A stretch of 64,000 nucleotides of DNA, taken from contig NC_067398.1 of the NCBI RefSeq assembly GCF_016432865.1, positions 48,670,001 to 48,734,000 of the forward strand, read 5' to 3'. Each line of letters starts with the position of its first letter. Within the stretch, counting starts at the first letter, position 1. A program made the position numbers and the translations under genes. Origin of the DNA: Antechinus flavipes (taxonomy: Eukaryota). The notes beneath the pieces were generated by a model. It did no database searches. It was given only the letters and a program-made list of their open reading frames with translations, and was not told the DNA's origin. Positions 1 through 12,179 of the stretch are shown in pieces.

Positions 1-208
1 TGCCTGCCTCCCACATGGGGAAGCTTCCTTTGTTTTGTCCCGAACGCCCCAGAATACTCACAGCCCTAGCACAGTAAGGCTGCTCAGCCTTTACTAATCT
101 AATGCCGATTCCCTATTTTGGCTTCACTATCCAATCGGCACCCCCTCCCCTCTCCTTCTACCTTGCCACCTGACTCCAGAGCAGGGACAAGTTAAAGGAA
201 GGAGTCAC

Positions 209-415
209 CTGGGTCTCGGCCTCCAGCACCCGAAGACGCCGGCTGGCCGAAGAAAGCAGGTTCTCCAGCTCCAGCTGCAGAGTATCGAGCTCCTCAATGC
301 CGATGCCATCGTCTTCTGAGCGGGCCAGCACCGCTGTATAGCGAGGACATACCTTCAAGTGGTCCACCGACTTGAAGTCATGGAACTGCAGCGGGCAGTC
401 CTTGAGCTCACTCAT
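209..415 (-). CDS. TADA3: Transcriptional adaptor 3, first coding exon (gene continues off the left edge)
   Basis: Encodes MSELKDCPLQFHDFKSVDHLKVCPRYTAVLARSEDDGIGIEELDTLQLELENLLSSASRRLRVLEAETQ (207 nt), recognised as the TADA3 N-terminus. GT donor at 208-207; acceptor ttttcctctccag gives exon start at 437. Confidence 0.96.
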
Positions 416-748
416 GGCCCTCGTAGGCTCTAAAGGGCTGGAGAGGAAAACAGTCAACTGACAAGAACTGGGAAGTGGCATGGGTCAGGAGGACCTCTGG
501 GGAGGTGGGCCTTCAAGGTTGGTGACGGGCCAGGGCTAGCAGCCTGAATGTCAGAAGTCAATAGTAATTCTCTCCACTTCCAATGTCATTACTCTCTTTG
601 AGGCAGCCTCTTTTCTTCAAAGGTGACCCTAATTCTACCTACCAGTTCTTGTCTTTATTCATCCTCCCTCACAAGTTATTGCCCCCGCCCATAACCCCAA
701 ACCTTCTCCCTTCTTCCCTTCTCTTTTCTTTTCATTCTTCTTGTTCCT

Positions 749-872
749 CATTCAATTCAATAAGCCTTCATTGAGCACCTACTGCATACCAGGCACTGTG
801 CTAGATACCACAAATACAAAGATAAAAGAGAAAATAATCCTTGCCCTTGAGGAATTTATATGCTACTGAGGG
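749..872 (-). mobile_element. L2 LINE 3' end fragment
   Basis: attcaattcaataag...ttgagcacctactgcataccaggcactgtgctag...cttgcccttgaggaattt is the reverse complement of the typical L2 3' terminus. Confidence 0.7.
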
Positions 873-1149
873 GAAATCATATATATCTATCTACATGTAT
901 GTATGTGTGCAAATAGGTCCTAAAACATACACAATAAATATAAATTAGTTCGAGGGATAGTTTGGAGGAAATTGACACAGTTATTTTGGGAGTTGACATT
1001 TAAACTGAATCCTGAAGATCCCAGGGACAGCCTATGTAAAGATGTTGAGATAAAATGGCAAATACTGGGAAGTATGCATGGGCAACTAAGGCAAGTTTGG
1101 CTGGGAAGCAGAGCTCTAGAGAAAGAAAAATGAAGTCATAATATAGAGA

Positions 1150-1983
1150 AATTTTTTTGTGTGCATGAGGCAATTGGGATTAAGTGATTTGCCCATTATA
1201 CCCCAAAGAGATACTAAAGAAAGGAAAAGGACCCGTATGTGCCAAAATGTTTGTGGCAGCCCTGTTTGTAGTGGCTAGAAGCTGGAAAATGAATGGATGC
1301 CCATCAATTGGAGAATGGCTGAGTAAATTGTGGTATATGAATGTTATGGAATATTATTGTTCTGTAAGGAATGACCAGCGGGATGAATACAGAGAGGACT
1401 GGCGAGACTTACATGAACTGATGCTGAGTGAAATGAGCAGAACCAGGAGATCATTATACACTTCGACAACGATATTGTATGAGGATGTATTCTGATGGAA
1501 GTGGATCTCTTCAATAAAGAGAGCTTTAATTGATCAAAGATGGACAGAAGCAGCTACACCCAGAGAAAGAACACTGGGAAATGAATATAAACTGCTTGCA
1601 TTTTTGTTTTTCTTCCCGGGTTATTTATACCTTCTGAATTCAATTCTCCCTGTGCAACAAGAAAACTGTTCGGTTCTGCACACCTATATTGTATCTAGGA
1701 TTATACTGTAACCCATTCAACATGTAAAGGACTGCTTGCCATCTGGGGGAAGGGGTGGAGGGAGGGAGGGGAAAAATCAGAACAGAAGTGAATGCAAGGG
1801 ATAATGCTGTAAAAAAAATTACCCTGGCATGCGTTCTATCAATAAAAAGTTATTAAAAAAAAAAAAGTGATTTGCCCAGGGTCACACAGCTAAAAAGTAT
1901 CAGAGGTATCTCAGGCTGGATTTGAACTCAGGTCCTTCTGACTTTAGGACCGATGCTCTATCCACTGCACCATCTAGGTGCCC
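1150..1983 (-). mobile_element. WSINE1-type CORE-SINE split by an L1 insertion (halves 1150-1195 and 1865-1983)
   Basis: gaggcaattgggattaagtgatttgccca...gggtcacacagct...gatttgaactcaggtcc...gctctatccactgcaccatctaggtgccc is the reverse complement of a marsupial tRNA/CORE SINE. Confidence 0.85.
1196..1864 (+). mobile_element. 5'-truncated L1 (ORF2 C-terminus, 3'UTR, polyA) with 14-bp TSD
   Basis: Open frame LYPKEILKKGKGPVCAKMFVAALFVVARSWKMNGCPSIGEWLSKLWYMNVMEYY...LHELMLSEMSRTRR to stop 1495 matches the L1 ORF2 end. AATAAA at 1841, A-tail 1855-1866, TSD aagtgatttgccca at 1182-1195 and 1865-1878. Confidence 0.93.
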
Positions 1984-3199
1984 TATGTGGAGGAATTTAA
2001 ATGCCAAATTTTAAGGACTAGTCTTTTATCCTAGAGACAACAAAGAGCCACAGAAGTTTCCTTCATATGGCAAAGGGCATGTGAGTAAACATGGGAGGAC
2101 AGATTTGAGAAATGTGATAGAAGTAGGCCTGCCAAGACTTAGCAACTAGTTGAATACGAGCTGTGAGAGAATGAGGAGCTGAGAGCGAACCCAAGGTTTT
2201 GAAGCTGGATGGCTAGAAGGATGGTGAGGGTTTTGTATTCACTTAATTAAGTATGTATTTCCCCTTAGGAGGATGTAGTGAGAGGCAGCATGGCCTAGTG
2301 AATAGAACACTCAGCAAAAATAGGGAAGGTAGGATGAGGGACAGGTCTAAGGAGAAAGCTAATAAATTATGCTGAGCTGGAGGTGACTACAGCACATCTT
2401 GGAGAAGATGCGGTGAGACAAGGCTGATCTAGGAAAGAGGAGAGCTGGATCTCACAGATCATAGACTTTAAGTTAGAAAGAGCCTTAGGTGACAAGGAAT
2501 CTGATCCTTCCTCCCGCCCCAACCTCCATTTTTCAGAGAAAACTAAGAGTTCAGTGAATTGTCTGGGATCACACAACTATTATCTAAGGGAAGATAAGAA
2601 CTTGGATCCATCTGACTCCAGGTATAGGAAGTGCTCCATCCCCTAGGCCATGCTGCCCTTCACTCTGAGATTGGGGAGTCAGCTGCATCCTCCTGAGGGG
2701 AAACACTATGTACACAGCGAAGTATGAAAAATACACATAAATATAAAGGAATTTGGGGACAGGGACCACCCCAATTTGGGAAAATCAGCAAAGTTTTTTG
2801 TAGGAGGTAAGAGATAAAAGCCAACATGGGAGCCGCCGTCAGTGGAGAAATGAACCTCAAGTCAGAGCCCTGAGGACATTTAAGAGGATGCTTCTGCACT
2901 CGGCCAGGCCACCTGAACCTATAAAAGGCAATCGAAGACCACCTGCCTGCCACCCTGCCCCTTCAAACCAAGAAGGTCTGGAGACAGCTCCCCATCCCTG
3001 GGAACCCTCAGACCGAACTCTTCCCCAGTGAGAAGCAGCTGGAGAGCCGGAGCTGCCTGGGACTTGATTCCCAACAGCCTCGTGCTTTCTGGGATACCTT
3101 CTAGACTTCCTTTACCCGGTGCGAGAGCCCTCCCTTTCAGTGCCCCCCTGAGCCAGAGATCTGCCCGGGCCAGGCTGCGCTGTGAATGTCTCTCCTAAG

Positions 3200-3300
3200 C
3201 CAGACTGCAAGCTCCTGAAGGGCAGGAAGCTCCTTTCTGCGGCCATCTGTATTCCCCGCAGGCAAGCCCAGCACCTGGGAGTAGTAACTGCTCAATGACC
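3200..3300 (+). mobile_element. GC-enriched L2 3' end relic in the probable TADA3 5' exon
   Basis: agactgcaagctcctgaagggcagg...tgtattccccgcaggcaagcccagcacctgggagtagtaactgctcaat follows the recalled L2 3' terminus (AGACTGTGAGCTCCTTGAGGGCAGG...TGTATCCCCAG...CCTGGCACATAGTAGGCGCTCAAT). Confidence 0.6.
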
Positions 3301-4578
3301 AGCGGCGCCTGGCGCCGGGATGCACTTAGCAAGTGTTCCTTGCCCTGGGGAAGAAGGAGCTCCAGAAGGAAGGAGGACTGCTCTCGGTCCTCTCTTCCCT
3401 TCCTCTGACCGTGACCGTGACCTTCGCCAAAGACCGGATCTCCTAAATCTGCCAAGCCCAGCACCTTACTGGGGGTGCCACAAAGTGCTCCTTCCCGCTC
3501 TCTTGGGCTCCCTTCCTACCTTTCATCCCCAAGCCTCGCCCCTCCCCTCCACACACCCCTATCCCCTGTGTAGTCCCCCCCCAGCCCGCCCCCTACTCCC
3601 TGGGGAATTGTCTCCCCCAGCCCAACGCCCCTCATGCCCCATATAAGTGTCCCCCCTCAGCCCGTGCCCCCTCCCCCCTGCGTAGTTGCCCCCCCAAAGC
3701 CCCACACCCCTATTCCCCGAGTAGTTATCCCGCCCTCAGCCCCAGGCCCCTCTATTCCCCGTAGAGTTGTTCCGTCAGCCCCACAACCCCTCCCGTCCAC
3801 GCCCCCCTATTCCACGAGTAGTACTCCCCCTCGCTCTCCGCTCCCCGCCCCACCTCACTGCTAATGTTGTTCGCCCCCCTCCCAAGGCTCCCCTCGCTCC
3901 CACGTCCCCCGCCCCTCCTCACTCCCACTGTCATCGCCCACTCCCCACGCCCCGGTCCCGCCTCCACCTTCACAGCCCGAGCTCTATCCAGATCCACGAG
4001 GCGCGCGCTCGGCCAGCCTCAGTCCCTCGCGGGTGGGGGGGCAGGGGTCGCGAGAGCAGGTAACCGCTGGTCCTGCAGGGACTGGCGGAGCCGCCCACTG
4101 CGGCCTGGGGGTGGGTGGTGCAAAGGGGCCGGGCCCACTCTCGGGCGAGGCAGGGGAGCCTCGGAAGCAGAGGCCTGGGCAGTAACAGACCGCGGGCGGG
4201 CGGGGTCAGAACCGGAAGAGGCGGGGCGATCCTGTGTCTGGCCCTGTCCTAATATGGATCCAGAACGGTGAGCTGGGCTGTACTTTCTAGCGAAAGGAGG
4301 GGGAGACAGGAGGAGGAACAGGGATGAGAGAGAGGAATGGGCGCAGAAGATCTCCCACCATCCTGTCGGACCTTGAAGAAACAGTGACAACCTCGAAGAA
4401 GGCGGTTCCTGCATGCTTTAAGGAGGAGGCGGAAGAGAAAAACTGTCTCTGTTTTGCTCCGGCCACCCCTACCCTCGGAGCGGCGATGGTAGCGCCCAAG
4501 CCCGGCTCCCGGAAGAGACGGCGCCCAGAAGCCACTGCACTTCAGCACTTCCGCTTTCCGGCCTAGCCAGCACCAGCA

Positions 4579-4581
4579 ATG
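4579..4581 (+). CDS. ARPC4: ARPC4 exon 1 (ATG only)
   Basis: cagcaATG|gtgagg; phase 0 into ACTGCC (Thr-Ala). Confidence 0.9.
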
Positions 4582-7500
4582 GTGAGGGCTGGGGGCGTCC
4601 GCTGGGGCCCTTGGGAGGATGGGAAGAGAGGCAGCCTTGCGGCTGAGAAGGAGTTGAGGTGTCTCGGCGGCTGAGGAAGCCCGGGGGTCGCTGGGGAGAC
4701 CAGGGCAGCTCTACCGGGGAGGAGCCCGGGAGGGCTGAGGGGGGTCCGGGCGCCGGGAGAGCTGCAGGAGCCAAGTCGCGGAGAGCGGATGGGGGACTTG
4801 GCAGAAGCGCCAGAGAGGATGAGGGGAGGGAATGGGGAGAAGCAAAAAATCGGGGACTCGGGGAAGGGAGGGAAGAAATAGAAAAAGGGAACCCGAGCTG
4901 GGGGCGGATGCACAGGGAGGTGGAGGGGCAAAGGCTCGTAGGGCGGATGTTGGAGAGACCATTAGACCGAGAGGGTGAAGGGGGCAGCCGGGAGGAAGCA
5001 TTGAGAGCACGGAATGGAGAAGGGGAAGTGAGCAGAGGCGAGGGCAGGCAGCAAAGGGCAGTTCCAAACCAAAGGGTTTGTAACTAGCCCCGCTTGTAAC
5101 AAGTGACCTTGGCTGAGTCATTTGCCTCTGCCTTAGTTTCGTCTTTTGTGCCACCCGCCCCCAGGGCATCAAAAGCAGCACTTTGGTAGGTTTTTGGGCT
5201 CCTAGGAAGTGACTTGTTATGGGAGGATGCTTTGGCCCAAGGGAGGCCTGTGGGGCAGGTTACCGGCCCCCTGGCGGAGAGGCTGTCACAGCTGGTCAGG
5301 TCCCTTGGAGCTGTTCCCTGCTGCGACTCCACAGTCCCGGTGTCTTCCTTGCAGACTGCCACTCTCCGCCCCTACCTGAGCGCCGTGCGGGCCACGCTGC
5401 AGGCTGCGCTCTGCCTGGAGAACTTCTCCTCCCAAGTGGTGGAGAGGCACAACAAGCCAGAGGTAGAAGTCAGGTAGGAGAGCCGGGGAGCTGGGGGGGG
5501 GGACCCAGGGGCCCGGTGGGACAGCCGCCCCAGCTTTTGGTGAGAATCCCAGGAGCGGCAGGGCCAGCCCGGCCTTCTATAAATGATCTCCCAGTTATCA
5601 CTTCCTCATTTTCCTTACTGTAAGTTCTGAGGGAGGGCAAAGTGAGTGACAGGAGCCCAAAGACATTTCAATGGTGAGTGCAAAAGTTATTCTGACTTGA
5701 TAAATCTTGGGCCACATTTCATGTTAGTCTTTCTCCCTGAATCTACTGTTAGGATGATCTCTCTGGTTCCTGTTTTGAAGCCTCTGAGTGGTTAGTTCCA
5801 CTGTGACCACCACCTTGTTCTTTATCTTAGTTGGAGATTATAGGACCTATGGTAGGGTTTTCTGGACTATGCTGTCCCTTCAGTGACAGAATCTTTGACA
5901 TTACATTTATAGGAGTAGCAAAGAACTCCTCTTGCAACCTGTGACCATCAGCAGGAATGAGAAGGAAAAGGTTCTGATTGAGGGTTCCATCAATTCTGTT
6001 CGGGTCAGCATTGCTGTCAAACAGGTAAGTTTACCACTTGAGGACTGTTTAAAACTAGAGACTAGATGTTAGAAAATCTGTATTACAGTGAAGTTACGGG
6101 ACCTTGAAATTTGAGAGATTGAGAAAAACGCTTGGGAAATGAAACATTGATATTTTCTGTGACCTAACTGCTTTAGGAAAGTAATTTTTTTAAAGTAATT
6201 TTCAACATTAACCCTTTGTGGAACCTTGTGTTCCAAATTGTTCTCCTTCCCTTTCCTCTCCCCCCTCCTCTTAGACAGCAAGTAATCCAATATATGTTAA
6301 ACACGTGCCATTCTTCTAAACATATTTCCACATTTATAATGCTGCACAAGAAAAATCAGATCAAAAAGGGAAAAAATAAGGGAAAAAAGCAAACAACAAA
6401 AAAAAAAGGTGAAAATGCTGTTGTTATCCACATTCAGTTCTTATGGTTCTCTCTTGAGTGCAGATGGTACTCTCCATCATGAGTCTATTGGAATTGGCTT
6501 GAACCATCTCATTGTTAAAAAGCATCAAGTACATCGCAATTAATCATCACATAATCTTATTGCTGGATACAATATTCTTTTGTTTCTACTCCAGGTTGTT
6601 ACTTTTTGCAGGCTATGACAGACAGAACCCTCAATAATAAGTCAGAACTACCTGTCCTGACTCTCAAGAGCTTTGTAAACCCAGGCATATCACAGACAAG
6701 GTTCTGTTTCTGTGAGCCTCAGTGAGGATAATACACTACGTACTTCGAAGTGTTCTTGTGAAGACCAACTGAAATAATATTACTATATTCAGTTTGCAAA
6801 CAAAATAATGCAAATATATGCTAATTTCTAATGATAACCCAAATTTAGCAGCAGGGTGTAGAACTGACAAGATGGGTCCAGTTCTTTTTCCTATTTTCTG
6901 GGGCCGAGCCTTTTGACTTTTAAGAGAAGATTATGAAGTGGTGCAGTGGACCTTGAATCAAGAAGGTCCATCCTCTTGAGTTCAAATCTGGTCTCAGACC
7001 CTTAATAGTTGTGACTCTGGGCAATCACTTTACCCTCTTTGCCTTAGTCCCTCATCTGTAAAAAAAAAAAAGAAACACACACACAGAGAAGAAAATGGCA
7101 CAACACCTTAAGCTTTCTTAAGAAAATCAAAAATGGGGTCACAAAGTGTCCAACATGATTGAAATTACTGAACAAAAACTCTTATGTATAATTTCATCTG
7201 GAGGAGCGACGTAGAACTAGTTTCCAGGAATGGAAATGGGTCATGTTAATTAACTTTTTTGCATCAGGGACCCCTTGGGCAGTCTATTGAAGCTCCTGGA
7301 CCCCTTCTCAATAGAATGTTGCTTAAATGTACAAAATCTAGAGGATTACAATAGAAAGCAATGACATCAAAATACAGATATGGAAAATATTAGAACATAT
7401 TCATCAACTCCAGGCTTGGAAATATCCTGTGTTCATGTAATATTCTTAAATTGTGGAGGACCTTCCCTAATATACTTAATATTCCTAATTTTTTTTAATT

Positions 7501-10500
7501 AAAGCTTTTTATTTTCAAAACATATGCATGGATAATTTTTCAACATTGACCCTTACAAAGCCTTATGTTCCAAATTTCCCCCTTCTTCCCCCCATCCTCT
7601 CCTCTAGGTGGCAAGTAATCCAAAATATGTTAAACATGTTAAAATATGTGAAACCAATATATGTATACATATTAATGCAATAATCTTGTTGCACAAGAAA
7701 AATCAAATCAAAAAGGGAAAAAAGAGAAAGTAAACAAAATGCAAGCAAACAACAGAATGAAAATGCTGATGTGAAATTCTTCTTATTCTTGAAGATTAGT
7801 TTCTTTCCTTTTGGTTTCCAAAAACTTGGGTTTAGAGACATTGCAGAACAGCCACCTCAGAATGGACAGCACTGTGGGGTTGAGTGTGAGAGATTGAAGA
7901 TCAAACCATTGTACTGTTCATTTTGTCCTATTATGCTGGCTTGTGGAAACCTGTTTTTTTGTTTTGTTTTGTTTTCTTTGTAATTGTTCTCTGTAGGCTG
8001 ATGAGATTGAGAAGATCCTTTGCCACAAATTTATGCGATTCATGATGATGAGAGCAGAGAACTTCTTCATCTTGCGTAGGAAGCCTGTGGAGGTGAGGTA
8101 GAGGCCTGGATCTGGAGCACTTACAACTCTTAGCACAGGAACACAGGAGATGCTCCCTCAAGGTTGGATTCATCAGAATAATGATTTCTGGGAAGAAACT
8201 CTAGACTCACTTCAGAGCTTCCACAAATGTCCATAGGCAACTTGAACCCAAAGAGTTTCCAGGGAGAGTAGCTGTAATTGGTGGACCTGGGTTCAGAACT
8301 TGATAGATTAATAACTTCTGGTCTGTATAGACAGGACCCTATGACCTTCCTGACTCAAAATGTGTTTCTCATTTTTTTTTTTTTTATTTGCTCATTTGTC
8401 CACTTTTCTCCATGACACATGAGAATTCCCAGTAGGATAAGAACAGTGTCTGATACAGCTTTTCTTGCATTCCAAGATTGTTTTTGGATCCATGATTGTC
8501 TCTGAAACCTCCGCCTTGGCTAGCTCTCAACCAGAGATCACCATCTTGAAATCTTCTTCCAGGCAGTAGTCAGTGAATTTTCTTCTTTTGTCTGGGAAGG
8601 AAAGGCATCTGAGGCTTACAGGAAGCTATTTTCTCAGCTTGAAGACTGTGGGAAATACAGAGAAGCAGAAGACAGTGGTTCCAGTGTTAAAGAATGTCTG
8701 ATCTAGTTGGGAATATAATTGTTTTTGTTTCATGTACTGTCATTCCATCTTCACAACATTGAGATATTTCCCCATTTTACAACTTAGGAAACTGAAGATT
8801 TGACACAAGGCACTCAGGCTAGTTAAGAGACTGATATGAGACCTGGACCTCCTGGCTTTCTCACTTTAATTTAGGGGTCTTTCCATTATACCATTCTATT
8901 AGCACTGCCATTAAAAAGGCTCTATATTTCCATATCTCTGCCTCTCTGGGCTTCATGAGATCTAAGGCTAGAAGAGGTCTCAGGAATCATTTAGTGGTTT
9001 TTCTCATTGAGACCTTGTGAATTTGTGATTTTCTTAGGATTGCTCAGCATCTCTGACTCCACGTCTAAAATTCGTCCTGATTACTCTTTTCCAGTTTCCA
9101 GATCTGCAAAATTTGTATGAGCTAATTGACCTCTAAAGATTTTGCATCTGTGAAGCCTGATGATTTTATGGCAGATGGAGCCACAGTTGCTCCAAAAGTT
9201 GGATTTAAGAAAAAAAATGCTTTAAAAACTTGTTAGGCAGAATAATCCTTACAAGATCAGTGCTAGAGAAAAGAAATTATTATTTAGCATGGTTTGTATG
9301 TTGTAATCAGTTTGAGAATACAGTTTTTTCTTCCAAATCACAACTTACACGCAGACATCTCATGAATATGCATTCAAAAGATGTAGAAAAGCTTTGGGTA
9401 GCCTTAGTACCCTCACCCTCACAAATCACTAGGGTCACTACTATATTAGAGGGTGAAAGATAAACAGCACTTGAGAAGGTAGAGCTTCAATGCTGCCCAT
9501 CTCTGTATAGAGAAATAATAGATCCAGTGATGATTGAGACATTTTGGGGGGGATCTTGACAATGCAAGACTTTTTTGCTTGGCTCTATTGTTCATAAGGG
9601 TTTTTTCCTTGCTTTCTGAGTTTTGAGGGTTTGGGGAAGGAGAAAGGCAGACTTTCATTGATTAAAAAAAAATTTTAAGAATTTTTTTTTTTTAAAGATG
9701 GGATGGATTAAGAGAGGATTCTTGGTCTTCAAGGGCTCCTGCTCTCCCTTCCTTACTACCAGCAACTAAATTGCTCATCTTTTTTTTTTTTCTGTTTCTC
9801 AGGGTTATGATATCAGTTTCCTGATTACAAACTTCCATACAGAACAAATGTACAAACACAAACTGGTGGACTTTGTCATCCACTTCATGGAGGAGATTGA
9901 TAAGGAAATCAGTGAAATGAAGCTGTCTGTCAATGCTCGTGCTCGTATTGTGGCAGAGGAGTTCCTCAAGAATGTGAGGATTTTGAAGACTTTACTCTTT
10001 TGCGGGAGGGGGTTCAGAAGACTGGCATAGAAGTCAAATTGCCTATTTGAGTAGAAAGACAATATTTAGAAAATGGTGGTTTTTTTTTCCCCCTGAAAAA
10101 TGAAGGAGTACCTGAGACTGTTTTCATGGAACTAGTTGCTTTAGACTTCTGGAGGCCAGAAAAGATGGAAGTATTTTATTCTTAAGACATCCCAGGAATT
10201 CTCCTATAGTGACCTAGGCCCAGCATATCAAACTTCTTGGCCAGGAAGTTGTTGCTTGCATTTCACTTGTATCCATCATGAGGGAACTTAAGTTGTGCTC
10301 TGCCAAGATAAATAGTAGTAACTATGGTTTGCATAGCATAGAAGTCATCCTGTATTTCCTTTCTGGCTTTTCTCTTTCAGGCTTAATGATTGTGATTTTT
10401 ACAGCCAGTCTTTAATTTTTTTTGTTTATTCCTTACAATGTTGTCCGTTTCTTTCTAGTTATAGGGCCCTTTAATGAGGGAATACTTAACTCCATACAAT

Positions 10501-11359
10501 ATGAGTACTGACAGGTGTGTACTCCCTACGTATTTATCTATTTGATTTTGGCTAGATTTTGTGTGTACACGTGTAATGCTTATGTGTCCCACAAAATTTC
10601 ATTTGTTAGTGTTCAATTCACAATTAACTCTTATTCCCAGAGACTTAATTATGCATTGTGTGTAGAAAAGAATAGATTCTGTACAGAAGTTCACTTTCCT
10701 AAAAGTGACAATACCAGTTTCTCCTGGGATTTAATTAGACCTACTGCTGTCTTTGCAGAAAATAGATGTATGCATTCAGATGGGTCATTTCATTGGTACG
10801 GGTATCTCTTCCACTAATGCAGATGGTAATGCTGTGGTGCCTTAATGGAAGTCTTCTTCCTTGCCATGACTTTAAAACAAGCTAGGACCTAATTGCTGGC
10901 CCTTTGGGTAGCAGATCTTTGAATTTGGCTGAGCTGTTCCTGTGATGTTAGATTGTCGCTATATCCTGTCCAGCTTGAAGCAGGCCTGGCCAAAACAAAA
11001 AATTATAGCATTCAAGAACCCAGAGGTCCTTTGGCATAACAAAGGGCATCCCAAGTGGGATGTTGGTGGTGAGGCAGCCAGTGAAATGCCAGACCCTTCT
11101 TTCCAACCAAGGGGCCAGTCTATAGTTCCCCTGATGCGTCTAAACCCCTCTGCTGGGTGCTAGGCTGGGGTTAAAGGGGAGCATGGGTCTCAGTGCCAAG
11201 GAAGGCATTTATAAAGGGTTGGAGAGGGGGGTAGTCTTGAGTAGGAGGAAATTAATGAAAGAGGGAAACTGAAGAATTGAAAGTGGGATGCTTAGCTTGA
11301 AATGCCAAGGCCATGGAGCACTCATCCCAGTTTCCCCTTTGCTCTCTTCACAGTTTTAG
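4579..11359 (+). CDS. ARPC4: Actin-related protein 2/3 complex subunit 4, complete (168 aa)
   Basis: join(4579-4581,5355-5473,5913-6024,7997-8092,9803-9973,11354-11359) = 507 nt, [16 protein letters not shown]...EEFLKNF*. All introns GT-AG. Confidence 0.97.
5355..5473 (+). CDS. ARPC4: ARPC4 exon 2
   Basis: ttccttgcag|[41 protein letters not shown]|gtagg. Confidence 0.97.
5913..6024 (+). CDS. ARPC4: ARPC4 exon 3
   Basis: tttatag|(R)[37 protein letters not shown]|gtaag. Confidence 0.97.
7997..8092 (+). CDS. ARPC4: ARPC4 exon 4
   Basis: ctctgtag|[32 protein letters not shown]|gtgag. Confidence 0.97.
9803..9973 (+). CDS. ARPC4: ARPC4 exon 5
   Basis: tttctcag|[57 protein letters not shown]|gtgag. 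Confidence 0.97.
11354..11359 (+). CDS. ARPC4: ARPC4 exon 6 (Phe-stop)
   Basis: ctctcttcacag|TTT TAG agcatctgactggatctc; the start of the 3'UTR resembles the recalled eutherian accatctggctggatctc. Confidence 0.9.
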   Translation, partial: F

Positions 11360-12112
11360 AGCATCTGACTGGATCTCTGGCTGCTCCCTCCTCTCTGCAA
11401 AGCTGCCCTGGCCAGCTCAGAAGACCCTAGGGCAAGGGGAGGGATGGGGCTTGGGGATGCTGGGCACTGCTGGAGAGCTTGCTATTGCAAAGAAAACCGC
11501 AGTAGATCTGCAAGGCCACACCCAGTGGGTCAGCCTGGCCATCTATGTTCAGTCCCCTGGGCTGGGACAAGTTTTTTTAATGTCTTTAAATTTAAAACTC
11601 TGTGCTTGTAGGACACTGTAACCTTTTGTCTTTTTTTAAACCAGCGTAACCACCTCCAGTTGCTTTACTGGTCGCTGTGGGTCTGGGCGGGCCTGGAACC
11701 AAAAGGTGACTGTGGCCTTCCCCACCATTCTCCCTCTCCCCCCCCCCCCCCCAAATGTGCAGGGAAGAGAGGCTTCAGATTCCACTCATTTCTTTACCTT
11801 TTCCCCCAGGGCGGCACAGGGGCTGATTCTTGGCTTTCTGAGAGGCTGTCTTAAGATGGGAGATAAGTGTATTGAGGCAGGCCCCGCTGTGCCTCAGAGC
11901 GGGCTCGGTCCTCGAGCAGAGGCCGCTCCTGCGTCATCCTTCTGCGAGAGCAGCCTGTTTAAACCTGCTTCCGGGGGACTGTTGCTTCCCATGCTAGAGG
12001 CAGTGCATCCTTCCCCAGTAGTTGCCCCCGCCAATCAGTACACCCACCCCTTCTGCCCTCATCTGCTTTTGCACTCGATGTGACTTTTCTTAATCTGGTG
12101 ACCTCACACCCC

Positions 12113-12118
12113 ATTAAA
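12113..12118 (+). terminator. ARPC4 polyadenylation signal (ATTAAA variant)
   Basis: ccATTAAAatcttttcctgcc followed by a GT-rich element gtctgtgctgtgtgttgtg; no AATAAA seen in 11360-12200. Confidence 0.7.
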
Positions 12119-12179
12119 ATCTTTTCCTGCCCTCCTAGGGGCTGCATGATGTCTGTGCTGTGTGTTGTGAACAGAGGGC

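Larger units (their letters stand above)
3290..5570. promoter_or_regulatory. CpG island / bidirectional TADA3-ARPC4 promoter
   Basis: High GC and CpG density between head-to-head genes. ETS sites accggaag 4211-4218, ccggaag 4509-4515, acttccg 4547-4553; GC box 4218-4227; partial BANP-type TCGCGAGA 4048-4055. Confidence 0.85.

Noticed and set aside
2920-2927. Canonical TATAAAAG on the + strand in the TADA3 intron
   Set aside because: Single 8-mer without a supported downstream exon.
3320-5623. Many overlapping Pro/Gly/Arg-rich ORFs in the TADA3-ARPC4 CpG island
   Set aside because: Expected from stop-codon depletion in GC-rich DNA; no recognisable protein.
10381-10464. Candidate ARPC4 last exons ttcag|GCT TAA (10381) and ctag|TTA TAG (10459)
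   Set aside because: The site at 11354 gives the conserved Phe-stop and a 3'UTR start like the eutherian one. These two could only be minor alternatives.
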